64,000 nucleotides of DNA from contig NC_042997.1 in the NCBI RefSeq assembly GCF_006345805.1, forward strand, positions 199,454,001 to 199,518,000. Direction: 5' to 3'. Each line of letters starts with the position of its first letter. The stretch's first letter is position 1. Source of the DNA: Octopus sinensis (taxonomy: Eukaryota). This document shows positions 36,933-49,931 of the stretch, piece after piece. The notes beneath the pieces are model-generated. The model was not told where the DNA came from and made no database searches. It saw only the letters and a list, made by a program, of their open reading frames with translations. The position numbers were made by a program, and so were the translations under genes.

Positions 36933-39900
36933 GTAAATAATCTTTCATATATTGTTGGAATATATTTTGGGAAATTGGAAGTGAAGAAATATCTGTGATA
37001 CTTTTTACCTCTATCCTGTTATCATCCTTATCATTACCAGTAGTTTTCTTTCAGAAGCTCTTCTCATGTTTACCCTGATGTGATTTTAGGAAGATTTCAA
37101 TACGACAAAAGCATTTTTTACAAAAGGCTAGATATTATTTTAGCATATTTAAGTTTGATTATTTATTGTACAAAATAATTACTTAGTTTTTTTGTTTTTA
37201 ACTATGTGTTTTTAAGCTAATCATATCAAAGTAAGAAGGAAAAAAAAAAAAACATTTGAGTTTAAGAAAAATTTCTGCTAGTAAATCTTGCAGGTTATAA
37301 TATTTATTTAAAAAAAAAAAAAAAAAACAACTTTTCTCTGCCACAAACTGTAGCTTGCTTCGAATGAATTAGCTTTTAGAAAAGCAGGAGTTCTCGAACT
37401 ACATTTGATAAATGACTGCTTTTGGCATGGCTAATTCCATATGTTCAGACTGCCTAAAGAGAATCTCCAGAAATAAAATTCTTCAGTTGCTTTAGTTACA
37501 ACAACTATAACATATTTTGCAGTTTCTTGTGGACAATGGAAAAGAAAAAACAATGATAAAATGAAGAAACAAAAACAATAGCGGTAATGACTTCTTTGTT
37601 AGATGAGGAACTTTGTTGAAATTAAGAAGATTAATAGGTGCTAGTTAAAGATATTATGCATTACAAACTCATCAAACATTTGGTACATCCACAGCTTATC
37701 AATAGCTTTGTAATTAAGTAAGAAGCCTCAAGACAACTGGTGATTAAATGTGATGATATTTACACCTTTCCAAATTGAAAATGAGAAATTAATTTCTAAT
37801 TAAGACTGAAAATACAATCATGCTCCAAACCAATTTAACAAAGTTTTCTACAGATATTTGGTTGTAAAATTGAATAACATGCTGTACCTGACTATATTTA
37901 AAGATATCTGCGATATAATAATGTCAACGTCCTAAACAGGGCAACCTTGTTTAGAATATATAAGGGCAGAGAATTATTATTTGTATTATTTATGAAAATT
38001 TCTAATACCACAGCTGTTTCAGCTGGCAAAAGAAGTGATAAAATATAACTTCTCTAAACTTCAGAAATAAGTCATTCGTTGAAGACAAACAGTTGAGAAG
38101 AATTTTTATTGTCTTTTTAGAATTGTTTTATTGCAGCTTTCACCATCTGTCAAACTTATCTCCCTTACTTCTTCGTTACATAGTCCACTTCCCTTCAAAC
38201 AGGCTCTACAATATTTGTTCACATTGGTGTTTTTTGACTATAATCTATAAGCCTTACGTGTTTATTCACTGAGATTTGTGCAACTCTTTGATTCATAATT
38301 TGCCATTTTATTTCCTATCCTTGGTCTCTAAGTAACAGCTTTCTCCAGTCAAATCAAAACAGGTGTAAAATGTTTAAGATAAATGTTGTCAACATAAAAA
38401 TTAGATGAGTAAATACATTGATCTGTTTGCCAAAAGTCAGTAAAGTGAGAGCTTGCGAAAAGATGAAAGTAATTTAGAATATAAAAAGGCAGACAACAGA
38501 TTTATGAGCAAACAAAGGAAATATTAAATGGAAAAATTAAATTAACTTCTGGAAGACATTTGTTACTCTAGAAACACTGTTTCTATATTCATCAAATATA
38601 AATCATATTTCTCAAAAGTTCTAAGGTAAAGAATGGTAACACAATAAATAATGCTATTTTCAAAGGAAATCGGTTTTGTACAATCAAACCAAATTGCCTC
38701 ATTCAAGATAGTTACCATTGTAACTACTTTGAATGAAGTAATTGTTTTGCGAACATGTAGTGGTTGTCAAAACTGTATTCAGCACAAGCAGGTAGTTGGT
38801 TTCAAAACTATTGATGGCCAACATGTAGTGAATTTCACAACTATACAGTGGGCAAACATAGAAGGATGGCCTTTTCCCTTTTTATTTGCCAATATTCTTT
38901 TGCTTAGTTAGATGTAGAGCAGCACCATTTTTCTTTTTTTTTTTCAAGGTGCCTGAGGCAGGTGGGGAGGGAGAAGGATGAGATTTCCTCAAACAGAAGA
39001 CTTTGCCTGAATGTTTGTAGTTCTTGTAGCCAGTAAGGTGGGCATAAACTGAAGCCTGTTTGTCAAAGCTAAAAATTCATATAACAGGGGCAAGTATGGG
39101 ATATTATTAAAATTACCAACTATTTCAGTCTTTACCATGGCTGAGCTGTGTCAAATTACTATAAACAGATTAGAATTTAGTGAACCCCATTTGAACCATA
39201 GGTGACTCGATCGATAAAAATTAGAGATAAGATCACTGATGCTATGTGGTTTGAATGACTAAAACACATAGTTATCAGTTGTCAATGGCCAAGTATCCAT
39301 TACTTTCAGCAGAAAATGAAACCACTTGTGAAACTAAACAAGGATGGTGCTGTGCAAAGGATGAGTAATTCTCCCACTTTTGAGAGCTGTGTTCTGTTCT
39401 CAATGTGAAATAAATATATCAATGTCCTACTGACGAGGAGATTTATCTCCTTGGTTTAATGTTACAGGCTTTTATGGACTTCTGTGATTTGGATAGAATT
39501 AGCTTTAGCAAATATGCCTGAGATCTATTTTCTCTGATAATTTATGGAATATACTCTTCATAATATTAAGAATTACTGAACATTTTGAATGCCACAGATA
39601 CAGTATGGCAATTTTTCATAGAACAAATTGAGTTTAATAGGTTTATTCAAATTCAGCTAATGCCTTACTCTGATTGTCTAATAATGAAGCCTGAACATCA
39701 TTATGCAGTAAATAAAGCTATATTACTGTGAAGAATAAACAAAATATCCTCTTCTGTCTTCTCATCACAGATAATTTTATATTAAATCTTTCTGTCAAAA
39801 TTGTTGCAACAGAGTATATAAAATAAAATGAAAAATCTTAATATAAAGTATATTCTAAAACATATTTATGACACATGACATAGGAAAAGTTCATGTGTAT

Positions 39901-40187
39901 AATAATTTCTTCTTGTTGATAAAGATTATTTCTTACACATAAAAATGTTGCTTTCTGTATATATTTCCATATCTGAATAAATTTGTTTCTTTGAATTAAA
40001 TGACAGTTCTTCCCTAGGGATAATGTATAGTTGTACAGAAATCAATGAAGGTTATTTCCATAAAAGTTTTAAAACTGTAAGTGTTATCATAACTAAATAA
40101 GTAATACAAACGCTTTTATGGGGAAGCTCTTGGGCCATGGCTTATATTTTTAAGTAATGTAGAAAACAACACTTTTGAGTTATTTAA

Positions 40188-40407
40188 CCCCTTCGTTACT
40201 GTATTTATTTTGAGATGCTCTGTGTTTCTTTCAATTACTTTAAATATAACAAAGAATTTAGTAAAATAACTTCGTTATCATTAATCTAGTGTTAGGAACA
40301 TAAATTGTGACTAAGGTTTGGTGGAAGATTTTAATTCCAAACTTATGAAAACAAGACATTTGTACTCAGAGCCAGAGCTGGTTTCAGTTGAGTTGGTAAC
40401 AAAAGGG
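40188..40407 (+). mobile_element. piggyBac-like MITE
   Basis: TTAA|CCCCTTCGTTAC...GTAACAAAAGGG|TTAG terminal inverted repeats. Confidence 0.85.
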
Positions 40408-43006
40408 TTAGATAAATACCAGTAATTATTTGGTATATTAGAACTACAAATATCAACTGGTAAACTATTAAATTAGAGCTAATTTAAGTTCATTATTTTA
40501 GCATAAACTTTACAAGATCTACCATATCTTTTATTCACACAGGTTTCTAAAACAAATTCGACTATCTTTTACTTTCAAACTTTGGTCGGTCACTATTAAT
40601 CAGTTGAATTGATTCAAGAAAACTGCTAATTCTTCAGAAATTATTACTGTTTTTATTTTTCATTATTATTATGAATATTATGGTGTAGATGTCAGTTCTG
40701 AGGAAATGAAAACTGTCAAATAGTTTATATTTTGAATAACTTCTTTACTCCTAATACTCAGGCCTAACAGAAAAGCATGGACACCACAGTTCTTTTATTC
40801 CACACTCCTATAAATATTCTTGTTCACAGCCATCAATTTAATCATAATACTCTTTAAAGTTTGAGCTTGGATTTAGGAAAACTAATGACAGTCTGCATCA
40901 ATAATTAGTGGCTATAAATAGAGCCTAAAAGTGAAATAAATTGGTTTGTCATGAGGAAGAGAAAAAAGTTTAACAGTTTGGTCAATAACCTACATTAAAG
41001 AGAAAAGGGCTAAATTTCTAAGGAGAGAGCCCATAAAAGCTACAGCACTGCCCCCTCCCCTACTTCAAACTAGAACATTAAATAGAACTAAGGCTATCAG
41101 GATTTTCTATACTACAGTAATAAATAATCTTGATTTGCTCTTATATCTACTCTTTTTAATTTCAACTTTTGATTACCTGGTGATATTTAAAAAAGGAAGT
41201 ATGAAGGTTACATATTGTTGTGTCTGATTTGCTTTCATCTTATTTTCTCTTCCACACTAATTTGTGAAAAACATTAGTAGAACCACAGCAAATCTATAGT
41301 GTTTTCTATCTGAGAATTCTGTTAGCTTTACATTATCAATTCCAATGTGCATCATGACTTTAATGTTTTCTTGCATTACTCAATGTGAAACACAAGCCAG
41401 CTCTATAATTATTAAGACAAACTTCACAAAATTCAGTGGAATATGATTACACAGGATTAGTTATTTCACTATATCAGCATGAATTTTTGAAAGCATAGTT
41501 TTCTCTAGTATGAATTGCAGATAACCAAGTTGACAGAATATTATATTACCAGCTAAAGATTTGGTCATTCATATCTTGCCACCAGTTTTGTGCTGTGATG
41601 GTGGACAAGGTGTATAATTCTCAAATGAATGACTTAAACTATGAAATGTGATTCCTTCATACTTTATTCTTATCTCTGGTTCAGTTGAACAAATTGTGAT
41701 AAAGATACTGAGAGTGTTCTGTTTAATAGTCTTAACAGCAATATATCTAGGATGAGAGCTTTATTTTCATTGGTTAAACACAACAGAAACAGAACTAAAT
41801 AACAGCTCTGGGAATTAAGGTTTTTTCCTGAAAATATCAATACTTTATATAAATTATATAAAAAAAAATCTCAATTTACTAAATAACCATTTACTAGTAA
41901 TTTTCTCTTATTTTAAACCATTTTCATGAGTTTAGATGAGTTGGAGCAGTGCCAATGACATTTGCAGGCCACATACACAGCATAGAAGTTGATGTGGTTG
42001 ATGTCTTGTCTGAATACCTTCAGGATAAACACAGACAGAGGAGAACTGGAGTCTAGACTGAGTACTTACAATAGAGACATCTTAGGTACGCAAGAACCAG
42101 TTAGTGATGCAAAACTGGTTGTCAGCCTAGTACTACCCCACCCCCAACAGGGAATTATCATGGTACTGACACTTGAGAAGTTGTTCAACTAGAAAGACAA
42201 TGCAAAGGAATTTCAACCAAGACATACATATGTTGGAATAAAACTAAAGTTCAGGATGGTTATCAAAGTGGAAAAGTTTAAGGGGGGGTTGTTAGGTGTA
42301 GTGCTGGATTGTAAATATGTTGAATTAATAATTTAGATGACCAATCACAATCTTTGGCACAACAGGCAGATTTTAGTGACTAAAATGCACTCATTCAAGA
42401 TTGAGATTTACATACAAAAAATCATTTTTTTTTTTTTTTTTTTTTTTGGTGAAAATACACCTATTAAATTATGTGCAAAGCAGCTACACTTTGATATAGA
42501 GTGGCATAGCTGGACAATGATAAGGTTATGAGATAAAGTATCAATAATCTGTTACAGTGGAATTTTGGTTTCCAAATTTAATCGATTCCTGAAGATAGTT
42601 CATCATCTGAAATGTTCATCAACCAAAGCTATTTTCCCTATAGGACATTCAAGAGAAAGCACAGCAAATTCAAACAGGGATGTGCACAGAGCGAAAGCTG
42701 GACAGCAACTGATGCTCTCCTCCCACTGATACTCTCAGTTTGTTGCCAACCATTGCTGCCAGCTAGCATGTTTGTTCCTCAGGACATCGTTTGCCACCCA
42801 AGAGATTTTATATTCAAAAACTTGATTGTAAACCAAGGTTCCACAGTATAAGCAGGAATCTTTTCCTACTGACATTTCTAAAGCTTCTTCATCATGTCTC
42901 TAGACCTAACATACCTGTATTTAATTTCTCTTCTGCTTGTTTCGCACTATATATCTATTTTTGGATATTTCAAATTATGTCTGTTCAGACATTTCAGTTG
43001 TCTTCA

Positions 43007-43047
<41 letters not shown>

Positions 43048-44199
43048 GGGATTAAAATTCAAATACTTAAAAAGACCTGATAAAATTTATTTTCTATTCA
43101 GATGCTAATTTCTTGGTAGTCTGTGTTATACCAATCTTTCCACCTCAGATTAATCTAAGAGATTTTGTTAATATGGATGTCCTTTGTCTCCTTTAAATCC
43201 CAAATACCTTATATAAAAATGATGTACAACGTAATATTTCTTTTATTTTACAGGCTTTTCCATAGGTATATTTTTTCTTAACCTTTGCACATATTTTCCC
43301 AAACAAAACTGTTTAAGCTTAATTAGATACTGATGGTATTTTGGCACTACTATTCTCTCAATCTTACTTTACTATTTACAAAGATTTACAACAATTAGTT
43401 TTAAGACTTAATTCTTAAGAAATGTAATAAATAAACAAACTGGAACAAGGTTACTGAAGAAAATAAGAAAAATTCTTTAAATTTCACTGTTTCATTTCTG
43501 AAGTGATTAGAATTTTAATAAATATATATATGCATTTGTAGTAGTCAAACATGCTGCAATAATTAAAAAGGAAATTAATATCTTGCTTGAAAGAGCAGTA
43601 TTATAAAATAATGAAATATCTTGAACAGCAAGAAGTAATAAAAAAAAATCTATTGATTTCTTTCTAAAGAGAGAAACAGAATTGTATGAATACAATACTA
43701 AGACTAGTTTTTTAAAAAAATAAAAAAATAATAAGAACAAAAATTTTTAATTTAATGGAAAACCTATCCAGTTGATAAATATTTGCTGGAGGAATTTTTT
43801 GTTTCCCTTAGTTTCAATCATTTGATTCCAACCAAAGTTCTTGAGAAAATATTTTCAGAAGTCTGTTATGTTTTACTAACCTGAGTTCAATTCTGAGGTG
43901 AATGTATTGATAATGAGATTCTCTGCTGACAGGTGAAGAAAAAATGTTTAGAACACCTGAACTGTGCATCAGCTAATCAAGATTGTTTAATCTCAAGCAT
44001 TGCAAATGGGTTTTTTTTTTCCAATTTTTATATTCTGTTTTCAAATTAGCATTGATAATTTATGCAATAAAACCAAATAGAAAAAAGTTATTAATTTTTT
44101 GAAACTATGATTTTTTAAAACTTTGCTAATTTTTTTGTATAAAGATAAATATAAATGAATAGTTTTTATCATTGAGGTAGTTTCTTTAATAATAATAAT

Positions 44200-44631
44200 A
44201 ATCCTTTCTGCTATAAACACAAGGTTGGAAATTTTGTGGAAAGGGGTTAGTTGATCACATCAACTCCCAGGGTTCAACCAGTAATTATTCCACTGAACCC
44301 AAAAGGATGAAAGGCAAAGTCAACTTTGGAACAATTTGAACTCAGAACACAAAGACAGATGAAATACATTTAAGCATTATGTTTGGAATGCTAACAATTC
44401 TGCCAACTCACTACTCTAACGCCGCAGCACAAGGCCTGAAATTTGGGAGAGGAGTATAGTCAATTATATCGACCCCAGTACTCAACTGGTACTTAATTTA
44501 TTGACCCTGAAAGGATGAAAAACAAAGTTGACTTCAGTGGAATTTGAACTCAGAATGTAGCGACAGACAAAATACTGATACTGCTAAGCATTTCATCCAG
44601 CATGCTGATGAATCTGCCAGCTCACCACCTT
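44200..44631 (-). mobile_element. Two tandem SINE family A copies (short tail) within (AAT)n
   Basis: Two reverse-complement units (~44200-44420 and ~44425-44631) bounded by (AAT)n runs. Confidence 0.82.
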
Positions 44632-44648
44632 AATAATAATAATAATAG

Positions 44649-44885
44649 ATTGGTGTATTGGGAACAGTAAACAAAGATACAGACAAATGGCTGAAGAAGA
44701 CTGGAATACAATGCTCTGTAGAGCATCTACAGAAAGTTTGTCTCTTAGAGACAGCAAGGATTATCAGGAAGGTTCTAAGCACTTAAAAGACTACTGAAAA
44801 CTTATGAATACCTAAGGTTACAGGTAGTAACCCGCTACCCATATAAATCCTACCAAGAATAAGACCGAACCTGAGCCAAACCAAA
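44649..44885 (+). mobile_element. 3' end of an R4/Dong-like non-LTR retrotransposon
   Basis: IGVLGTVNKDTDKWLKKTGIQCSVEHLQKVCLLETARIIRKVLST* (stop at 44784-44786) is the typical R4 C-terminus, followed by a short UTR and flanked by (TAA)n on both sides. Confidence 0.8.
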
Positions 44886-44902
44886 ATAATAATAATGATA
44901 AT

Positions 44903-45162
44903 GGTTTCAAATTTTGGCACAAGGCCAGTCATTTTGAGGGGAAGTGGGTAGGTTGATTACAACAACCCTGGTACTTATTTATCAACCCTGAAAGAATGAA
45001 AGGCACTGACTCCAGTGAAACACTGGTACTTAATTTATTAACCCCAAAGGGATGAAAGGCAAAATCTACTTTGATGGAATTTGAACTCAGAACGTAGTGG
45101 CAGATGAAATACTGCTAAGCATTTTGCTCGACGTGCTTACGATTTTGCCAGCTCGCCACCTT
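44903..45162 (-). mobile_element. SINE family A with an internal partial duplication, in (AAT)n
   Basis: Reverse-complement family A with the core segment present twice. Confidence 0.78.
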
Positions 45163-45194
45163 AATAATAATAATACTATTAATAATAATAATAA

Positions 45195-46185
45195 GTGCAC
45201 AAAATAATATGAGCACCGTCATGATAAAATGTCTGTGTATCTTCATTGGTTCTTATACCGTAAATACTAATATGAAGTAACAGAGAACTAGTATGAGCAT
45301 GTACCAAGTAAAGTTATGCAGGAGGATGGAAAAGTAACGATACTCTGGTATTATGATTTTCAGATGGATAGTGTGTTCGAAAACTGTCAGCTGGATATTG
45401 TCATCTCTCTCTATATAAACGGCAGTTTGTCTGTGTGTCTGTTTGGTTGTACCCTCACCCTGACCACGGCTTTCAACCGATTCTGATGAAACTTGACACA
45501 CACATAGCCCAATGTCATAATTCAAAACTAACGCAGCGAAAATTTTGAAAAGTTCCCCCAGTTCTGAAAAAAATCGATAAACTCGACATGGGGTCGAGAA
45601 TCAGAAACACAAACCACAGACTGTCTAGGGGACGCAACTCGACCTTTTTCAACTAAAAAAAAATTTACCATAATTACATAAAAAAAATTTACCATAATTT
45701 TTTCCCCATTTTTTTGCTATTTTTTGGCTATAACTCTCTAAAAATGCTTTAGAGTTATTTCCCTTACAAACCTGAGCAACGCCGGGCGATACTGCTAGTA
45801 TTGAATAAGAGAGACAAATTCTGTCAGATCATTGATGTAGCCATACCAAATGACATGAATGTTGTGAGTAAAGAGGTTGAAAAAATTACCAAGTGCTCCG
45901 AATTGAAAGTGGAAATGGCAAGACTGTATGGAATGTGAGGAAGTAATATAAAAGTGATACCAGAGGTGATCGGAGCATTCGGCTCAATCCCAGTGAAACT
46001 TCAAGACTTCTTAAGGCAACTGGAAATCCCATGAAAGATTTATGTCTTGCAAAAAGCAGCCTTATTGGGAATAGCGCACATCTTAAGGAAAGCATTACCT
46101 GTCTGAGGTCTTTGTTGTGACTTGACAAATGACTAAAGACTCCAGTGCATTTTTACCTACACTGTGTTACAAAGGAATAATACAA
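45195..46185 (+). mobile_element. Decayed R4/Dong-like restriction-like endonuclease domain and 3' end, interrupted by a Helitron
   Basis: After removing 45404-45798 the frame reads RHDK..YLHW...TILW...DIVILNKRDKFCQIIDVAIPNDMNVVSKEVEKITK...VIGAFG...LQKAALLGIAHILRKAL*, with in-frame stops and (TAA)n flanks. Confidence 0.85.
45404..45798 (+). mobile_element. Non-autonomous Helitron
   Basis: 5' TCTCTCTCTATATAAACGGCAG; 3' CCTGAGCAACGCCGGG hairpin + CGATACTGCTAG. Inserted between A45403 and T45799 with no duplication. Confidence 0.92.
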
Positions 46186-46299
46186 ATAATAATAATAATG
46201 ATAATTTCCTTTTTGAGATAACACAAAACAAACAAGTGGGAGACACACCAATCAAAAGGAGACACTATAACAAAAGGTTATTTGGCTCAGTCCAAAGCA

Positions 46300-46828
46300 T
46301 AAGATATGACAGACCATACCTATTTGGGTTTCAGTCCCACCTTCAGATGTTGGATCATGACATCGTACAGTGGCATCTGTTTAGTGGTCAAATTAAATGG
46401 CCACCTCTTGGAACCTTTCAATTTTGGACACTTTGGATATAGAAGCAATCAATACTATACTGAAAGAATACCAGGGACATACAGGAGCACACACAAATCA
46501 GGATAAGTAGCTAGGTTTGCTACTAGGCTTTAGGAGAGGCAAAATCATATTGACCAATGGCAATTTCTGTTACTGAATTAAAGGTCCAGTGAAAGTGCTT
46601 CGAGTGTGGTTTGGGCCAGGTTTCTGGGTGGAGAGAAACTGGGAGGTCATGGGAAGAGTGGCCCATCTCACACAAAAATGGCTGAGTGGAAGTAGTGAAT
46701 ACATGCATTGCCTCATTGGTTTACTACTACCTGATCACGGCACTTTATCCCAAGCAAACTCTGACCAGCTTCGAGCACTTGCCTTTTCCAAATCTCATGA
46801 AAGGGTTATGCTCCACTGGTCAGGAAAT
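46300..46828 (+). mobile_element. Fragments of an L1/Tx1-clade reverse transcriptase
   Basis: Peptides GFSPTFRCWIMTSYSGICLVVKLNGHLLEPF, PVKVLRVWFGPGFWVERNWE and EVVNTCIASLVYYYL resemble Tx1 RT segments. Confidence 0.6.
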
Positions 46829-46829
46829 C

Positions 46830-47400
46830 CATCATTCAGAGCCAGTTGTTGAAGGTAAAAATGTCACTATCCTCTGGGATTTTCCAGTTCACACCAACAG
46901 AATGATCCAGACTAACTGACCAGACATAATTATTAAAGACGTGGAAGAATATACTTGCAAACTAACAGATGTAAGAGTTCCCACTAATAAAAACATATCT
47001 ATAAAGAAATATGACAAACTCAGTAAATACGTACAAGGACCTCGAAATTGAAATAGAAAAGATGTAGCATGTTAAAGCAAGAGCTGTTCCTGATATTGTA
47101 GGTGCTCTAGGTACGATAAAAAAAAATGGGATGTTAGAAACATTTAGATAGCATCCCAGGAGAACCATGTCTCAAGGAAATCCAAAAGATTGTACTGATA
47201 AGTACTGCCCATATCCATAGAAAAACCCTATCAAGTAAATGTTTGTGTTGTTTCATACGAAGGTATTTCTCTTCTGCCTTCACAACTTCTCCTCACCAAG
47301 CTTTCAGTTATATTTCAACATCTCTAAAACGTCATTTACCTTAGGGCACTGGGTGTGTCCTGGCAAGTGATTGCATCAAAAATATAGATTAAAAGCAAAC
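46830..47400 (+). mobile_element. Third R4/Dong-like endonuclease domain and 3' end
   Basis: EPVVEGKNVTILWDFPVHTNRMIQTN*PDIIIKD...DVRVP...KLSKY...IVGALGTI...EIQKIVLISTAHI, then a UTR and an (AAT/GAT)n tail. Confidence 0.85.
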
Positions 47401-48248
47401 AACAGTAATAATGATGATGATGATAATAATAATAATAAATACAATAATTTTTGCAATATCTATGAATGCCACCTACACAAAATTAATTAGTTTGCTAACT
47501 AATTAATGCAAGCATTGCATATAACTTTTCCCATGCATAATGCTTTGAAATCCATTTGTAAGGAAGCCTCAAAATAAAAAATTTTTTTAAAGTAACAAAA
47601 ATTCACTTAGAATGCTTATTTTTCTCAATGCCTTTCTTTCCTTTCTTTGGATTGCACAGCTTTTAGCTCTGGCTCTAATATCTAAAGGAAATAATAATTT
47701 GCTGCAAAACCCTTGAATGAAATAAAGGAATTTATGAGCTCATTCACAGGAGTCGAAACAAAAAAAAAATTTGATCAAAGTTTACATAAGACAATTATAA
47801 ATTTAATTAATCAGAAGAAAACGGATGACATCTGTCTGATACAAGCTGAATATAAACAACTTGCTTTCACTCTGATTTGTTGCTTTTCAAATTGTCCAAA
47901 TGTAAATGATAAAATACATGTACAGTATTTGAATGATATCATTGTTTTCTTTCTAATGTTGTCAATAACAAATTTATTTTTCTTGTATTGTCTTTAATCT
48001 TTTGTGAAAACATTATATTGAAGAAGAAGAAACTGTTTGACTACAGTGATTGCAAAGAAGTGAGAGTGGATGGAACAAATTTGTCTAATAACAATTAGTA
48101 TGTAGTATTTCTCAAAATAGAATGTTGCTTTTTTTATTTTTTTTATTAAATATATGATATTATCAGAAGCTTGTCAATGATATATAATTTTACTTATCTA
48201 ACTTCTGTTTCACTATAAAAAAATTTGTTCTAAAACTATTTTTTATAG

Positions 48249-48315
48249 GATCTACAGGCGAATGTCAGGGTCTGTTGGTTTACATATTCCACAAAATGTA
48301 CTTACTGTATTGAAG
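48249..48315 (+). CDS. PDE1: PDE1 exon: (R)IYRRMSGSVGLHIPQNVLTVLK
   Basis: tttatAG acceptor at 48247-48248 and AAG|GTTAGT donor; 67 nt, phase 2-0. Matches PDE1 RMYRRTSNMVGLSYP....LK and contains an RRxS PKA-type site. Confidence 0.92.
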
Positions 48316-48687
48316 GTTAGTCTTATTTTTTTATCATCATAAAGAGTTTTAACAATTTCAGATACATCAAAAAATATTTTAATTTCATAATTTCACACTT
48401 GAAAATGCAGAGTTAATTTTATTTCTACCAAATACTTTGCCGTTTTATTTTTTCTTATTAGTGTTGTTCATGATTTATGGAGATAATATCAATATGTTTT
48501 TTTTTTTGCGTTGTGATACTTTTGGTTTCTAATTTTACATATTAACAGTCAACTGCTTGAATTTTTATAGCAAAAGATGTTATCAATGGATTATTATCCA
48601 TATCTCATTTTTGTTTCTAGTTTGCAAGATACGTGAAGTGAAATCATTTGTTGAGATTTTGTTGTATATAGGATGGGTTACGATACC

Positions 48688-48757
48688 TATTTCTTTACTA
48701 CCCACAAGGGGCTAAACACAGAGGGGACAAACAAGGACAGACAAACGGATTAAGTCA
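48688..48757 (-). mobile_element. SINE family A long-tail fragment
   Basis: Reverse complement of the long tail only. Confidence 0.8.
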
Positions 48758-48760
48758 ACA

Positions 48761-49101
48761 ATACCAATAGGAGACACATGCACTGGTTCTATTTTACTCC
48801 TTTTACTACTAATAGTCAACTAGTGAACCATTCAACGAATTGGTTGTTTGATTAGTCACTCAGTCAGTCAATCAGGCAGGTTCATCGGAATCCTTTCATT
48901 GCCATTTGCTCTGGAGACCCAAAATAGAGAGAATATGTCATTGATGAGGTTGTGAATTGCGTTTAAAAGACTGACAAACAGGACTGATTGATTAACTGAA
49001 TGCTTAATCAAACAATCAATTGGTTAATTGGTTCACTAGTTAACTATTAATAGAAAAAGAAGCGAAATATAATCAGAGTGCGTATGAGTTACTTATTTGC
49101 A
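48761..49101. mobile_element. Foldback/MITE-like element with ~115-bp imperfect terminal inverted repeats
   Basis: 48761-48875 is the reverse complement of 48985-49101, for example AATAGTCAACTAGTGAACCA / TGGTTCACTAGTTAACTATT. Confidence 0.75.
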
Positions 49102-49429
49102 TAATGACCCACTTAAGGTACAACCAAATTAGCCATACTGACTTCTATGTAAAAGATATAAATTTTTGGAAAACAGTACAATGGAAAATCTTACTTTTAG
49201 GAGCCCGTGGGAGGAATACAAAAATTATTTAATAAAATATTAATTATATAATGCATATCTTCTGCTATATGGACTGAGCTGTTAAATGTAGCACTGACCT
49301 TTCTGTATTGACTTAGTAGTCTTTGAGTTTTAGTATAGTAGTGAACAGAAAAATATTAACATGGATAATAGTACAAGAGATGGGAAACCAAAGTAATGTA
49401 ATAAAGGAGACTTAAAAGAGATTCAAAAA

Positions 49430-49925
49430 TGTTGTTGAGGGTTCAGTCTCATTGTGTGGCAGCTTGGGCAAGTGCCTTCTGCTGTAGCTCTGGACAGATT
49501 AAAGGCTGAGGAGAGATTTTGATAACTGGAAACTAAAAGAAACATTTCATATATATATATCACGTGATCACCTGACCATCAGATGTTGCTACACATCACT
49601 GGTCACAATGCGTTCACATTGTTTTAGCCTTCAAATGATGCCACCCCACTGGCTAAGCGAGCAGGCCATATATATATATATATATGCATTTCTGTGTCCC
49701 TCTGACTTGGCAACGGATGATAGTGAATAAGCATCAGCATCATAAAAGTAATGATGTTCATTCCCAATCTTCCACAAAAACATGTCTGGTCAAGGGGGAA
49801 TGCTACCTATGTTGGAAACCGGTGAGGTTTCCAATAGATATGGCATCCAGCCATAGAAAAGCAACCTGAACATTTCTGTCTGACCCATGCTAGTATGGAA
49901 AAGTGAATGCGAACATAACAATGAG
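49430..49925 (+). mobile_element. SINE family B head joined to an RTE-type tail, with an insertion in its (TA)n tract
   Basis: GGTTCAGTCTC..GCTTGGGCAAGTG head and GGCATCCAGCCATAGAAAA...GACCCATGCTAGTATGGAAAAGTG tail. Confidence 0.7.
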
Positions 49926-49931
49926 GGTGCC

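Noticed and set aside
45483-45492. CTGATGA matches here and near 12594 and 55004
   Set aside because: They have no helix II or GAAA context; those at 45483 and 55004 are ordinary Helitron or repeat sequence.
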